A DNA stretch of 64,000 nt from Chthoniobacteraceae bacterium (lineage in GTDB: Bacteria; Verrucomicrobiota; Verrucomicrobiia; Chthoniobacterales; Chthoniobacteraceae). Where the stretch lies: contig JANNXQ010000130.1 of NCBI GenBank assembly GCA_031409655.1, positions 11,130 through 75,129 of the forward strand, in the 5' to 3' direction. The translations under genes were made by a program, and so were the position numbers. Below the pieces are notes generated by a model. It did not search any database, had not been told where the DNA came from, and saw only the letters and a list, made by a program, of their open reading frames with translations. This document shows, piece after piece, positions 29,577-39,728 of this stretch (the first letter of the stretch is position 1; every line of letters begins with the position of its first letter).

Positions 29577-30692
29577 ATGCACATCCCCTTCGTTGACCTA
29601 AAGGCGCAATACCACGCGCACCGCACCGAGATTGATGCGGCCATCGCGTCGGTGATCAGTGAGACGGCGTTCATCCGCGGCAAGTATGTCGCGGATTTTG
29701 AAAAGGCCTACGCGGCGAAGTATGGCGCGAAGCATTGTGTGTCCTGCGGGAACGGCACCGACGCGCTTTTCATCACGCTGAAAATGCTCGGCATCGGGGC
29801 GGGCGACGAAGTGATCACCACGGCCAATAGCTGGATCGCGTCGTCGGAAACGATCACGCAGACGGGCGCCCGCGTGGTCTTCGTGGATGTGGAGGAGGAC
29901 TACTACGATCTCGATGCGGCAAAGATCGCGGACGCCATCACCCCGCGGACGAAGGCCATCCTGCCCGTGCATTTACTCGGCCAGCCGGCCCAGATGGATG
30001 TGATCATGGCGCTCGCCGGGAAGCATGGTCTGCACGTCGTGGAAGATTGCGCGCAGGCGCACTTCGCGACCTTCGCCGGGCGACGCGTCGGGACCTTTGG
30101 CAGCGCGGGCACCTTCAGCTTTTATCCCGGAAAAAATCTCGGAGCCTACGGGGACGCGGGCGCGGTGATCACCGACGACGATGCCCTGGCGGAGAAGGTG
30201 CGGATGTTTGCCAATCACGGCGCGGACCGCGTGAACAAACACGAGCACCTGATGGAAGGCGTATGCAGCCGGCTCGACGGGCTGCAAGCGGCGATCCTCT
30301 CCGCGAAGCTCCCGCACATCGACGCCTGGACGCAGGGCCGGCAGGAGAAGGCCGCGAACTACGACGCCCTCCTCGCCGGGGTGGCGGGCGTGGTCACGCC
30401 GAAGATCCGCCCGCAGTCCACGCACGTCTTTCATAACTACGTCATCCGCGCTGAGCGCCGTGACGCACTCCAGGTCTTCCTCAAGGAACGCGGCATCGAC
30501 ACCACCCGCCACTACCCGGTGCCCCTGCCATTTCTGAAGGCGTACGCTTACCTCGGCCACACGCCGGCAGACTTCCCAGTCGTGGCCCGCCAGGCCGCCG
30601 AGATTCTTTCCCTGCCCGTCTATCCCGAGATGAGCAGCGACCAACAGCAATACGCCACCTCCAACATCCGAGAATTCTATGCCCGCGGCTAA
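29577..30692 (+). CDS. DegT/DnrJ/EryC1/StrS sugar aminotransferase
   Basis: GNGTDAL, EDCAQAH, SFYPGKNLGAYGDAG and SRLDGLQAA. Confidence 0.93.
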   Translation: MHIPFVDLKAQYHAHRTEIDAAIASVISETAFIRGKYVADFEKAYAAKYGAKHCVSCGNGTDALFITLKMLGIGAGDEVITTANSWIASSETITQTGARVVFVDVEEDYYDLDAAKIADAITPRTKAILPVHLLGQPAQMDVIMALAGKHGLHVVEDCAQAHFATFAGRRVGTFGSAGTFSFYPGKNLGAYGDAGAVITDDDALAEKVRMFANHGADRVNKHEHLMEGVCSRLDGLQAAILSAKLPHIDAWTQGRQEKAANYDALLAGVAGVVTPKIRPQSTHVFHNYVIRAERRDALQVFLKERGIDTTRHYPVPLPFLKAYAYLGHTPADFPVVARQAAEILSLPVYPEMSSDQQQYATSNIREFYARG

Positions 30693-31617
30693 TATCCTGA
30701 TCACCACTTCGTCCTTCGCCAGCGGCGACGCGACCGTCGTCAATGGCCTCACCTCCGCGGGTTACGCGGTCGTCACCAATCCCTTTAAGCGCACGCTCAC
30801 CGCGAGCGAAGTGACCGCGCTGCTTGCCGAGCATCGTCCGGTGGGGCTCATCGCCGGCGTCGAGCCACTGACCGGCAGCGTCATCGAATCCGCAGCCGCG
30901 CACCTCAAGATCATCTCCCGCTGCGGCACCGGCATCGACAACGTCGATCTCGAAACGGCAAAGCGCCTCGGCATTCCCGTCGTCAATACCCCCGCCGCAC
31001 CGGCCGAAGCCGTGGCGGAACTTTCTCTCGGGCTCATCCTCGCCCTCATCCGCAACGTCGTCGTCCACGACCGCTCGGTGCGCGATGGCACTTGGAAAAA
31101 GCGCATGGGGCTGCTGCTTTCCGAAATCACCGTCGGCATCGTCGGCCTCGGGCGCGTCGGGCGGCGGGTCGCGGAAATCCTCCGCCCACTCGGCACCCGC
31201 ATCCTGGGCACGGATGTGCAGCCCGACCACGATTGGATCGCGCGGCAAGGCGTCAGCCTCGTGGCCATGCCGCAGTTGATCGCGGATTCCGACGTCGTGA
31301 GCCTCCACCTGCCCTACGCCACCGGCGACCTGCATCGCCTGATGAATGCCGAACGCCTGGCCACCATGAAGCGCGGCAGCTTTCTCCTGAACACCTCCCG
31401 CGGTGCGCTCATCGACGAGCAGGCGGTGTGCGACGCGCTCCAGAGCGGCCACCTTGCCGGCGCGGCCATCGATACCTTTGAGCAGGAGCCCTACACCGGC
31501 GTCCTGCTCGGCGCGCCGAATGTCGTCCTCTCTCCGCATGCTGGATCCTACGCGCGCGCCACGCGCAATCGCATGGAACTCGAAGCGGTACAGAATCTTC
31601 TCAGGGGCTTGCAGTGA
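30679..31617 (+). CDS. D-isomer-specific 2-hydroxyacid (phosphoglycerate-like) dehydrogenase
   Basis: GTGIDNVD, GLGRVG, NTSRG, DTFEQEP and SPHAG. Confidence 0.9.
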   Translation: MPAANILITTSSFASGDATVVNGLTSAGYAVVTNPFKRTLTASEVTALLAEHRPVGLIAGVEPLTGSVIESAAAHLKIISRCGTGIDNVDLETAKRLGIPVVNTPAAPAEAVAELSLGLILALIRNVVVHDRSVRDGTWKKRMGLLLSEITVGIVGLGRVGRRVAEILRPLGTRILGTDVQPDHDWIARQGVSLVAMPQLIADSDVVSLHLPYATGDLHRLMNAERLATMKRGSFLLNTSRGALIDEQAVCDALQSGHLAGAAIDTFEQEPYTGVLLGAPNVVLSPHAGSYARATRNRMELEAVQNLLRGLQ

Positions 31618-31634
31618 CCACGCCGCAGGTACCA

Positions 31635-32852
31635 CTACGCCTTTGAGCGTGGCGCGGGATCGCGGAAGAAAAGCAGGAAGACCGCGAGCACGGCCACCGA
31701 GCCCCAGGCCGGCGCGCGCCAGATACCCGGCCAGTCGTGCGCGAGTCCGTTCATGGGCGCGGCCAGGGTGTGCGCCGCGAGGACCCTGCCCGCGAGCAAC
31801 GTACCGACGAATGCCCCGACTCCCCAGAGGATGAACGCGATGAAACCCTGCGCGGCGCCGCGGATGCGTTCATTCGCCTCGTCATCCACATAGAGCTGAC
31901 CGGCGATGAAGAGGAAGTCATAGCACACCCCGTGGAGCAGGATGGCGGTGAAGATGAGCAAGACCTGGGCGCCCGGAGCTTGCGCGCTGCCCGCCAGCGC
32001 GAAGTAACGAACCGTCCACGCGAGGATGCCAAAGAAGATCGTCTTCTTGTAACCGAGTAACTTGAGGAAGATCGGAAGCAGAAAGAGAAAGATCACGTCC
32101 GAGACTTGGGCGAGGGACATCTTGGCCGCGAGGTTTTCCCACTTCAGCTCCGTGAGATAGATACCCATCATCACAAAGTAGAAATAGAGCGGGATGCAGA
32201 TGAGGAACATGCAGAGGATGAAGATCGCGAAGGACGGCTTGCGCAGCAGCGCGAGCGCATCGAGGCCGAGGATTTCGCCGAGACTCACATTCGCACCCAC
32301 CTTTTTCGGCGGAGTGTGCGGCAGGGTCAGCGAGAAAAGGCCGAAGAGGATGGAGATGCCACCCGCGAGGTAGAACTGCACGGCCGATTGCTCTCCCTTG
32401 AGGAAGCTGAGCGTCACCCCGCCCGCGATCCAGCCCAATGCCGAGAGCATCTTTATCCGGGGAAAGTCGGTCTTCGGATCGGCAAGGTGGTGCAGCGAGA
32501 GCGAGTTCCCCAGCGCGAGCGTCGGCACATAGAGGGCACAGTAAAGAATGAGCACAGGATAGAAGCTGGCAAAATCCTGCAACCGCGGCAGCCAGCAGAG
32601 GACCGCGCCGCCCGCGATCCCGAGGACCGCGAGTAACTTCTCCGAAGCAAAGTAACGATCCGCGATAAGTCCGACAAAGAAGGGCGAGATCATCGCTCCA
32701 ATGGCAAACGCACCGTAAGCCGCACCGATCTGACCTCCTTCAAACTTCAAGGTATTCGCGAGGTAAGTCCCCATGCTCACATACCACGCTCCCCAGATGT
32801 AGTACTGGAGGAACATAAAGAACGAGAGCTTCAGTTTAATGGTGGTTTGCAT
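31635..32852 (-). CDS. MFS nucleoside:H+ symporter family (NupG/YegT-like)
   Basis: FMFLQYYIWGAW, GLIADRYFASEK and LHGVCYDFLF. Start at ATG 32852. Confidence 0.88.
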   Translation of the reverse strand: MQTTIKLKLSFFMFLQYYIWGAWYVSMGTYLANTLKFEGGQIGAAYGAFAIGAMISPFFVGLIADRYFASEKLLAVLGIAGGAVLCWLPRLQDFASFYPVLILYCALYVPTLALGNSLSLHHLADPKTDFPRIKMLSALGWIAGGVTLSFLKGEQSAVQFYLAGGISILFGLFSLTLPHTPPKKVGANVSLGEILGLDALALLRKPSFAIFILCMFLICIPLYFYFVMMGIYLTELKWENLAAKMSLAQVSDVIFLFLLPIFLKLLGYKKTIFFGILAWTVRYFALAGSAQAPGAQVLLIFTAILLHGVCYDFLFIAGQLYVDDEANERIRGAAQGFIAFILWGVGAFVGTLLAGRVLAAHTLAAPMNGLAHDWPGIWRAPAWGSVAVLAVFLLFFRDPAPRSKA

Positions 32853-32881
32853 GGTGACTGGGGTGGAGCCTTTGCGAAGGT

Positions 32882-34336
32882 TCAGTTGCCTTTGTCGCGG
32901 TAGTTGAGCGGCGGCTTTTGTTCCGCCGGGAGGCGCGAACGGTATTCCTTGCCGGCCTTGCGTTCGGTGAAGCTCTTCTTGGCGGCGGCGAGTTCCTGCG
33001 GATCGGTGAGGAGGTCGAGCGCGGTCACGGCGAGCACCTTCACCGCGACCATCATGCCTTTGTGCCCGATGCTCATCCCGGCGCAGGCCGTGGACTGCCA
33101 CGAGTGCCCCGGCGAGCCCGGGACGAAGGTCGCGGTCTTAAAGCCCGCCGTCGGCACCAACCAACTCACGTCCGCCACGTCGGTGGACCCGTAGCCGATG
33201 CCGTCGTCGATTTTCAGGATCTGCGTCTCGCTGCCAGGGGCGGGCACGGTGAGCCCTTCCGCGACAAAGGTCTCGCGGAGCGCGGCGGCGAAGGATTGCT
33301 CCTCCGGGGTGTAAGTCACGCCGCCCACCACGCGCAGGTTGCGATCGAGCAGCGCCGCGAGGGCATCGTTGGCCAGGGTGTTGTAAGCGCTGTTGATCAG
33401 TTCGAGTTCAAACTGCGTCTCGGTGGCCAGCGCGCCGCCTTCGGCACACTTCAAGATTCGCGGCCACACCGCATCGAGCGTCGTCATCTCCGGCGAGCGC
33501 AGGTAGAGATACACCTCGGAAAAAGCGGGCACGACATTCGGCGCGTCGCCGCCATTGGTGATGACGTAGTGGAGGCGCGTGGTCTGCGGGACGTGCTCGC
33601 GGAGGAGGTCGACGCCGTGGGTGAAAAGCATCACGGCATCGAGGGCCGAGCGCCCTTTCTCCGGCGAACCCGCAGCGTGCGCGGCCTTTCCTCGGAAGCG
33701 AAACTTGCCCGTGATATTCGCGAGGCTGGTGGCGACGCTCGCGCGATTTTCGCTCCCGGGATGCCAGTGCAGGACCACGTCGCAATCCGTGAACGCGCCC
33801 GCGCGCGCCATGTAGATTTTCCCACCGCCACCCTCCTCCGCCGGGCACCCGTAGAAGCGCACCGTGCCCGGGATCTTCTTTTCCGCGAGCCACTCCTTCA
33901 CCGCGATCGCCGCTGCTGCCGAGGCGGTGCCGAAAAGATTGTGCCCGCACCCATGGCCCGGCGTCGTGCTGCGCAGCGGTCGCTTTGCCGGCACCGCCTC
34001 TTGGAAGAGTCCGGGCAGCGCGTCGTATTCGCCGAGGATGCCGATGACCGGCCCGCCGCTCCCGGCCTGCGCGGTGAAGGCCGTGGGAATTTCGGCCACG
34101 CCCTCCGTGATCGTAAAGCCCGCCGCCCGCAGTTCGTCCCGCAGGAGCGCGGCGCTTTTCGTCTCCTGGTAGCCGACTTCCGCAAACTCCCAGATCTTGC
34201 GCGAGACCTCGCCGAAGTGCTCCGCCCGCGCGTCGATGCGCTGAAAGAGCACGGCGCGATCGGTCGGTGCGAGTTGCGGAAACGCGGGTGCGCCGAAGGC
34301 CGCGACCAGCAGGAGAAACGGGAGGAATTGCTTCAT
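32882..34336 (-). CDS. Secreted M20 amidohydrolase (AbgB-like)
   Basis: GEYDALPG, GHGCGHN, PAEEGGGGK, HWHP and GSTDVADVSW. Confidence 0.9.
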   Translation of the reverse strand: MKQFLPFLLLVAAFGAPAFPQLAPTDRAVLFQRIDARAEHFGEVSRKIWEFAEVGYQETKSAALLRDELRAAGFTITEGVAEIPTAFTAQAGSGGPVIGILGEYDALPGLFQEAVPAKRPLRSTTPGHGCGHNLFGTASAAAAIAVKEWLAEKKIPGTVRFYGCPAEEGGGGKIYMARAGAFTDCDVVLHWHPGSENRASVATSLANITGKFRFRGKAAHAAGSPEKGRSALDAVMLFTHGVDLLREHVPQTTRLHYVITNGGDAPNVVPAFSEVYLYLRSPEMTTLDAVWPRILKCAEGGALATETQFELELINSAYNTLANDALAALLDRNLRVVGGVTYTPEEQSFAAALRETFVAEGLTVPAPGSETQILKIDDGIGYGSTDVADVSWLVPTAGFKTATFVPGSPGHSWQSTACAGMSIGHKGMMVAVKVLAVTALDLLTDPQELAAAKKSFTERKAGKEYRSRLPAEQKPPLNYRDKGN

Positions 34337-34421
34337 CGGTGCGACGAGGAGACGGCAAGTTGGCGATTCCCCCCAGCGCTGGCCAGCCGAATGCGGCAGA
34401 CCTGCGTCGCCTTCGGGCGCG

Positions 34422-35831
34422 CTAGTTTTTTGCCTGCGCGCTGAGGAGCGCGAGACGCAGTTCGTGGAGCGTCGCGGGATTGTCGGGCTGCAGCGCGAGG
34501 GAGTGTCGCCAGTAGCGGATGGCGGTCTCGCGATCGCCGCGGCGCGCGTGGACGCTTGCCGCGAGATCGAGCATGTGCGGGTTCGGACCGGTGACGGCGA
34601 GGGAGTGCTCGAAGAGCGTCTCGCTGTCGCTCCAAACGCCCACCTGCCGGGCGGTCATCGCACCGAGTACGATGAGAAGCGCCGCTGCGGCGGGAGCGCG
34701 AAGACGGACAGCGGTGCGCGGCCAGAGGCGCTCTGCGGACCAGACGAGCGCGACGAAAAGGCCGATCTGCGCGAGGTAAGTGAAGCGGTCCGCCCGCGCC
34801 TGGCAGCCGACTTGCACGAGACCGAGTGAGGGGAAGAGCATGCCGAGAAAGAGCAGCCAGCCGGTGAGCAGCCATGGCTGGGTTTTTCTCAGACGCCAAC
34901 CAGCAAAGGTGATCGCCGCGAGGAGCGCGAGCGCGGCGAGCGCGGGCAGCCAGTGGGCCACGGTCGGGTGCGGATAGATGACGGCAAACTCGGTGGGGAA
35001 AAGGAGCTGGCGGAGATAGGCGACGACGGAGGTGAGCGCATTCGTGATGCGCGCATCGAGCGGGAGTTCTGCGAGGCTCACGATGGTGTCGCGGGGGGTG
35101 GTGGCCCAGGTGGCCAGGCGCGAGGCGGCGACGGAGAGGACGAAGAACGGCACTTTTTCCAGAAGCAGCCGCTGCCACGAATTCGTGGACCACCGGCGCA
35201 GCGGCCACGCATCCAACAAGAGCAGCACGCAGGGAATCGTGACGGCCATGGGCTTGGCGAGGAGCGCGAGGGCGAAGGCGGTGAAAGTCGCGAGCCAAGG
35301 GAGCAGGCGTGGGTGGCGGACGTAGTGCGTCCAGCTCAGCAGCGCGAGCAGCGAGAAGAAGGCGCAGAGGACATTCTTCCGCTCCGCGACCCAGGCAACG
35401 GATTCCACATTGATCGGATGCAGACCGAAGAGCGCGGCGACGAGCGCGCTCGGCCACAGACGGCCAGTGAGCCGCTGCAGCGTGAGCAAGAGCAGCACGG
35501 CGGCGGCCGCGTGCCAGAGCACATTTTCGAGATGCATGAGCCGGGCATCGAGGCCGAAGAGGCTCACATCCGCCATGAAGGAGCACGTCGTCAGCGGCAC
35601 CCAGAGGCTGGCGTGGGGCGTGGTGAAAGCGGTGCGCACTCCGTCCGGCGTCAGGCCCTGGCGGACGAGGTCGTTTTCGTAAATGTGGCTGGCGTCATCG
35701 AGGGTGATGAAATCGCAGTTCAGCACCCCAGAAAAGACACTGAGGATCGCGGCCACGAGCGCCAGGGCGATGAGGCGGACGCGGGACGTTTCCGAAAGGT
35801 GGTGCAGGTGGTTGACCAAGACATCACCCAC
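34422..35831 (-). CDS. GT-C/TMTC-like membrane protein with a C-terminal TPR
   Basis: FITLDD, HPINVESVAWVAERK, AKPMAVT and ADRFTYL. Confidence 0.85.
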   Translation of the reverse strand: MGDVLVNHLHHLSETSRVRLIALALVAAILSVFSGVLNCDFITLDDASHIYENDLVRQGLTPDGVRTAFTTPHASLWVPLTTCSFMADVSLFGLDARLMHLENVLWHAAAAVLLLLTLQRLTGRLWPSALVAALFGLHPINVESVAWVAERKNVLCAFFSLLALLSWTHYVRHPRLLPWLATFTAFALALLAKPMAVTIPCVLLLLDAWPLRRWSTNSWQRLLLEKVPFFVLSVAASRLATWATTPRDTIVSLAELPLDARITNALTSVVAYLRQLLFPTEFAVIYPHPTVAHWLPALAALALLAAITFAGWRLRKTQPWLLTGWLLFLGMLFPSLGLVQVGCQARADRFTYLAQIGLFVALVWSAERLWPRTAVRLRAPAAAALLIVLGAMTARQVGVWSDSETLFEHSLAVTGPNPHMLDLAASVHARRGDRETAIRYWRHSLALQPDNPATLHELRLALLSAQAKN

Positions 35832-35877
35832 CGAAGCAGGAGGGCTGCCACCCGGGACGGCGGCGCTCCCAGTGAGG

Positions 35878-37023
35878 CTAGCGCGGCGCGGCGGGCAACT
35901 CGACGATCTCCGCGGTCAGCGTGACCTCCTGCCCTCCGCGCAGCACCACGATCTCGATCTTCGCCCCGATCTCCGCCTCGGCCACGCGGCTGCGCAGGGC
36001 CAGGATGTCGGCGATGCCGTGGCCGTTGAATTTGCGGATGATGTCGCGCGGACGGATGTCCGCTCGCGCGGCGGGAGAATCTGCCATCACGCGCGTGACC
36101 AGCGCGCCGCTGGTCTCGCGGACGCCGGCCTGCGGGGCGAGTTCCGGGGTGAGATCCACCATGTCCACCCCGAGATAGCCACGCACGATCCGCCCGCGCT
36201 CGAGCAGGCTTTGCAAGGCGCGGCGCGCGACATTCGACGGCACGGCGAAGCTGATCCCCAGCCAGCTTCCGTTCTCGCTGTAGATGGCCGTATTGATGCC
36301 CACGATCTCGCCGCGCAGGTTGAGGAGCGGGCCGCCGGAGTTGCCTTGATTCACTGCGGCATCGGTCTGGAAAAATTCCACACCGCTGTCCGCCATGGCG
36401 CGGCGGCCTTTGGCGCTGACGATGCCGGTGGTCACGGTTTCGGAGAGGCCAAAGGGATTGCCGACCGCGAAGACCATCTGGCCGACCCGGACGTCATCGC
36501 TATTGCCGAGCACGAGGGGCTCGATATTTCGCGCGTCGATCTTCAGCACCGCGATGTCCGTCAGCTCATCGCTGCCGATGAGCCGGGCGGGCTCGGAACG
36601 GCCATCTGTGAGCTGCACCATGATGCTGTCCATGTCCTTGATGACATGGTGATTCGTGAGGATGTGACCTTCCTTTGAGACGATGACGCCCGAGCCGAGC
36701 GAAGTCTGCAAGCGCTCGCGCGGCTGGCGGGGCTGACGATTGCGGAAGAGAAACTCGAAGGGGTCGATGGCTTCCGGGAGCTGCACGCGGCGCTGCGTAT
36801 TCACGCTGACCACGCTCGGGATCACGGCGGCGACGATGCGTGAATATTCCGCATCGAGCGCGGAGAGCACCTGCACATCTTTCGGGTCGATCTTCGGCCC
36901 CGAAGCCGGCGTGTATCTTCCGGAACCGCGCCCGGGGCCGCCGCTACTCGTGAGCTGCGTGTAGCGGTAGATGGCAAAGCCCGCGAGGACCGCCAGCAGG
37001 ACCAGAAAAAGTGAACGTCGCAT
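35878..37023 (-). CDS. HtrA/DegS-type serine protease with one PDZ domain
   Basis: TNHHVI, TDIAVL and NQGNSGGPL, followed by a PDZ domain. Confidence 0.93.
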   Translation of the reverse strand: MRRSLFLVLLAVLAGFAIYRYTQLTSSGGPGRGSGRYTPASGPKIDPKDVQVLSALDAEYSRIVAAVIPSVVSVNTQRRVQLPEAIDPFEFLFRNRQPRQPRERLQTSLGSGVIVSKEGHILTNHHVIKDMDSIMVQLTDGRSEPARLIGSDELTDIAVLKIDARNIEPLVLGNSDDVRVGQMVFAVGNPFGLSETVTTGIVSAKGRRAMADSGVEFFQTDAAVNQGNSGGPLLNLRGEIVGINTAIYSENGSWLGISFAVPSNVARRALQSLLERGRIVRGYLGVDMVDLTPELAPQAGVRETSGALVTRVMADSPAARADIRPRDIIRKFNGHGIADILALRSRVAEAEIGAKIEIVVLRGGQEVTLTAEIVELPAAPR

Positions 37024-37059
37024 GAGCGCTGGAGTGTATGGAGCCGGCCGCAGCGCCGC

Positions 37060-38076
37060 TCAACTTTGAAGTGCGTGGAGCTTTGCGAGCGCGCGACCGC
37101 TGGCGAGCTGCTCACGACCTAGCTCGAGCCCGGCGGCGAGGTCCGGGGCGAGGTGCGTGATGACGAAGCCAGCGGCGGCATTGAGCAGGACGATGTCGCG
37201 GCGCGGGCCACGGTCGGAGCCGTCGAGGATGGCGGTGAGGAGCGTCGCATTTTCCCGACGATCGCCACCGCGCAGCTCGTCCATCGCGCAGGGCGCAAGG
37301 CCGAGCTCGCGCGGCTCGACGGTGAACTCGCGGATGTCGCCATCGACGATCTCGCGCACTTCGGTCGGGCCGGTGAGCGAGAGTTCATCCATGCCGCTGC
37401 CGTGTACTGCCCAGGCGCGGGCGCGCCCGAGGACGGCGAGGGTCTCGGCGTATTTCGGAAGAAGCACGGGGGAAAAAACGCCGACGAGCTGATAGGCCGG
37501 GCGCGCAGGATTGAGCAGCGGGCCGAGGAGATTGAAAACGGTGGGGATGCCTTCGGCAGCGAGCGCCTTGCGCACTGGGACGATGGCCTTGAAGGCCGGG
37601 TGATAGGCTGGCGCGAAAAGAAAACCGAGGCCGTGCTTTTCCACACCCTGCCGGAGCGCTTCGGGCGGGAGATCGATCTTCACGCCGAGTTCCTCGAGCA
37701 CATCCGCACCGCCGCATTTCGAGGTGATGGCGCGGTTGCCATGCTTCACCACGCAGACCCCGCCCGCGGCGAGGACGAACATCGCGGTGGTCGAGATATT
37801 GAAAAGCTCCAGCTTGTCGCCACCGGTGCCGCAGACATCCAGCATCGGTCCGGGCAAGGCCGCCGCATCGAGCTGCGGATCGATCGCGCGAGCGAGCAGC
37901 GAACGTGCAAAGGCCGCGATCTCCGCTGCCGTCTCCCCTTTCGCGCGCAGCGCCCGGAGAAAGTCGGCCTTCGTGGCGTCGGCGATCTCGCTGGAGACAA
38001 GCCCGGCGACAGCGTGCTCCACTTCCTCGGCAGTGAGGTCGCGCGCGGCTTTGAGGTGTTCGGTGAGAGACTGCAT
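37060..38076 (-). CDS. trpD: Anthranilate phosphoribosyltransferase
   Basis: DVCGTGGD, NIST, KHGNRAITSKCGGADVLE and FNLLGPLLNP. Confidence 0.96.
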   Translation of the reverse strand: MQSLTEHLKAARDLTAEEVEHAVAGLVSSEIADATKADFLRALRAKGETAAEIAAFARSLLARAIDPQLDAAALPGPMLDVCGTGGDKLELFNISTTAMFVLAAGGVCVVKHGNRAITSKCGGADVLEELGVKIDLPPEALRQGVEKHGLGFLFAPAYHPAFKAIVPVRKALAAEGIPTVFNLLGPLLNPARPAYQLVGVFSPVLLPKYAETLAVLGRARAWAVHGSGMDELSLTGPTEVREIVDGDIREFTVEPRELGLAPCAMDELRGGDRRENATLLTAILDGSDRGPRRDIVLLNAAAGFVITHLAPDLAAGLELGREQLASGRALAKLHALQS

Positions 38077-38077
38077 A

Positions 38078-38172
38078 GGGTGAAAGGATGAAGGATGAGG
38101 GATGAAGGATGAAGTAGTCAGGCGCTTCGCGCTCCATCTTCTTCACCCTTCATCCTTCATCTTTCCTCCTTT
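38078..38172. repeat. GGATGAA/TTCATCC inverted heptamer repeat, intergenic copy
   Basis: Same family as the ubiD insert, with 33 identical nt. Confidence 0.85.
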
Positions 38173-38226
38173 CGTCGAGTCCGCACTCGCCTTCACGGCA
38201 CGCCCCCCGCTACGTAAACCCCCGCC

Positions 38227-39642
38227 ATGAAAAAAGAGAGCCTCGACACGCATCAGAAGGCGCTGCAGATCAATCTCGACCCGCGCTGGTACGGCACCTT
38301 CGCCGAAATCGGCGCCGGCCAGGAAGTCGTCCGCTGGTTTTTCCGCGTCGGCGCGGCCGCAGGGACCATCGCCAAATCCATGTCGGCCTACGACATGACG
38401 GTGAGCGACGCCATCTACGGCCAGACGGAACGCTACGTCTCGCGCCCGCGCCTCCAGGCCATGCTCGACCATGAGCACAAGCTGAACATCGAGCGCCTCG
38501 GAGAAGCCCGTGGCGACAATACTGCGTTCTTCGCCTTTGCCGACACCGTCGTCGCGCGCAGCTTCAAAGGCGGCAACGAATGCCACGGCTGGATGGGCGT
38601 GAAATACCAGGCCCATCCGCGCGACGAAGCCAGCCAGATAACGCTCCACATGCGGATGCTCGATGCGGAAGCATCGCTCCAGCAGGAGGCGCTCGGCATC
38701 CTCGGCGTGAACCTGCTCTACGGCGCGTTTTTCTATCATCACGAGCCCGAGATGCTCGTGGAGAGCCTGCTCGACTCCCTGACCATCGGCCGCATCGAGA
38801 TCGACGTCATCGCTTTCAATGGCATCGAGTATCGCTACGTGGACAACCGGATCATGGCGCTGAAGCTCGTGCAGCTCGGCCTCTCCGGCGCGGCGATGTT
38901 TGGCCCCACCGGCGAAGTCCTCCAGCCGAGCGAGGTGCTCTACAAGCGCCCGGTGCTCGTCGAGCGCGGCAGCTTCCGCCCCGTCACCCATGTGAATGTG
39001 GACATGCTCAAGTGCGCCCTGGACAAATTCCAGGCCGACCCGGCGGTGGCGGGGAAAAATGTGCTCACGCTCGGTGAGATCACCATGCGTAATCTGCTCG
39101 CCGAGGGCGCGGAGGTCGATCGGCGGGACTTTCTCGCCCGCGCCGATCTGCTCGCGGCGGCTGGCATGACGGTGCTGATCTCGGATTACTTCGAGTATTA
39201 CCGGCTCGCTGCCTATCTCGCGTGGCGGACGAAAGAGCGCATCGGCATCGTCATGGGCGTGCCGAGCCTCATCGAGATCTTCGATGAGAAGTACTACACC
39301 CAGCTTCCCGGCGGCATCCTGGAGTCCTTCGGCCGGCTCTTTAAGAATGACCTGAAGCTCTTCGTCTATCCGTACAAAGACGCGGCGACGGGCGAAGTGA
39401 AGACTGTCGATAACATCGAAGTCGCGCCGGAACTGCGGAAGCTCTACGGCTACTTGCAGGATCGCGGCAGCTTCGTGGGCCTCGATAATTTCAACCCCGA
39501 CTTCCTCCACATCTTCTCCCGCGAAGTGCTCAAACGCATCCCCACTTCGGATCACTCCTGGGAAGAGATGGTCCCGACCCAGGTCGTCGAGGTCATCAAA
39601 AAGCGCGGCTTCTTTGGCTACGGGAAGCATCGGATGGAGTAG
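38227..39642 (+). CDS. Conserved ~470-aa protein with a C-terminal NadD-like nucleotidyltransferase-fold region; function unknown
   Basis: YGTFAEIGAGQEV, SMSAYDM and ERGSFRPVTHVNVDM, with a C-terminal SREVLKRI...WEEMVP...IKKRGFFGY resembling NadD ends. Confidence 0.7.
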   Translation: MKKESLDTHQKALQINLDPRWYGTFAEIGAGQEVVRWFFRVGAAAGTIAKSMSAYDMTVSDAIYGQTERYVSRPRLQAMLDHEHKLNIERLGEARGDNTAFFAFADTVVARSFKGGNECHGWMGVKYQAHPRDEASQITLHMRMLDAEASLQQEALGILGVNLLYGAFFYHHEPEMLVESLLDSLTIGRIEIDVIAFNGIEYRYVDNRIMALKLVQLGLSGAAMFGPTGEVLQPSEVLYKRPVLVERGSFRPVTHVNVDMLKCALDKFQADPAVAGKNVLTLGEITMRNLLAEGAEVDRRDFLARADLLAAAGMTVLISDYFEYYRLAAYLAWRTKERIGIVMGVPSLIEIFDEKYYTQLPGGILESFGRLFKNDLKLFVYPYKDAATGEVKTVDNIEVAPELRKLYGYLQDRGSFVGLDNFNPDFLHIFSREVLKRIPTSDHSWEEMVPTQVVEVIKKRGFFGYGKHRME

Positions 39643-39728
39643 GCGACGCGAGTTCGGTGGATGGCGCGCTCCGAGCGCGTCGTGCGAATGCGCTTCCTGC
39701 CGCAGAGGGTGTTGTCTAGCTTCCCGGA

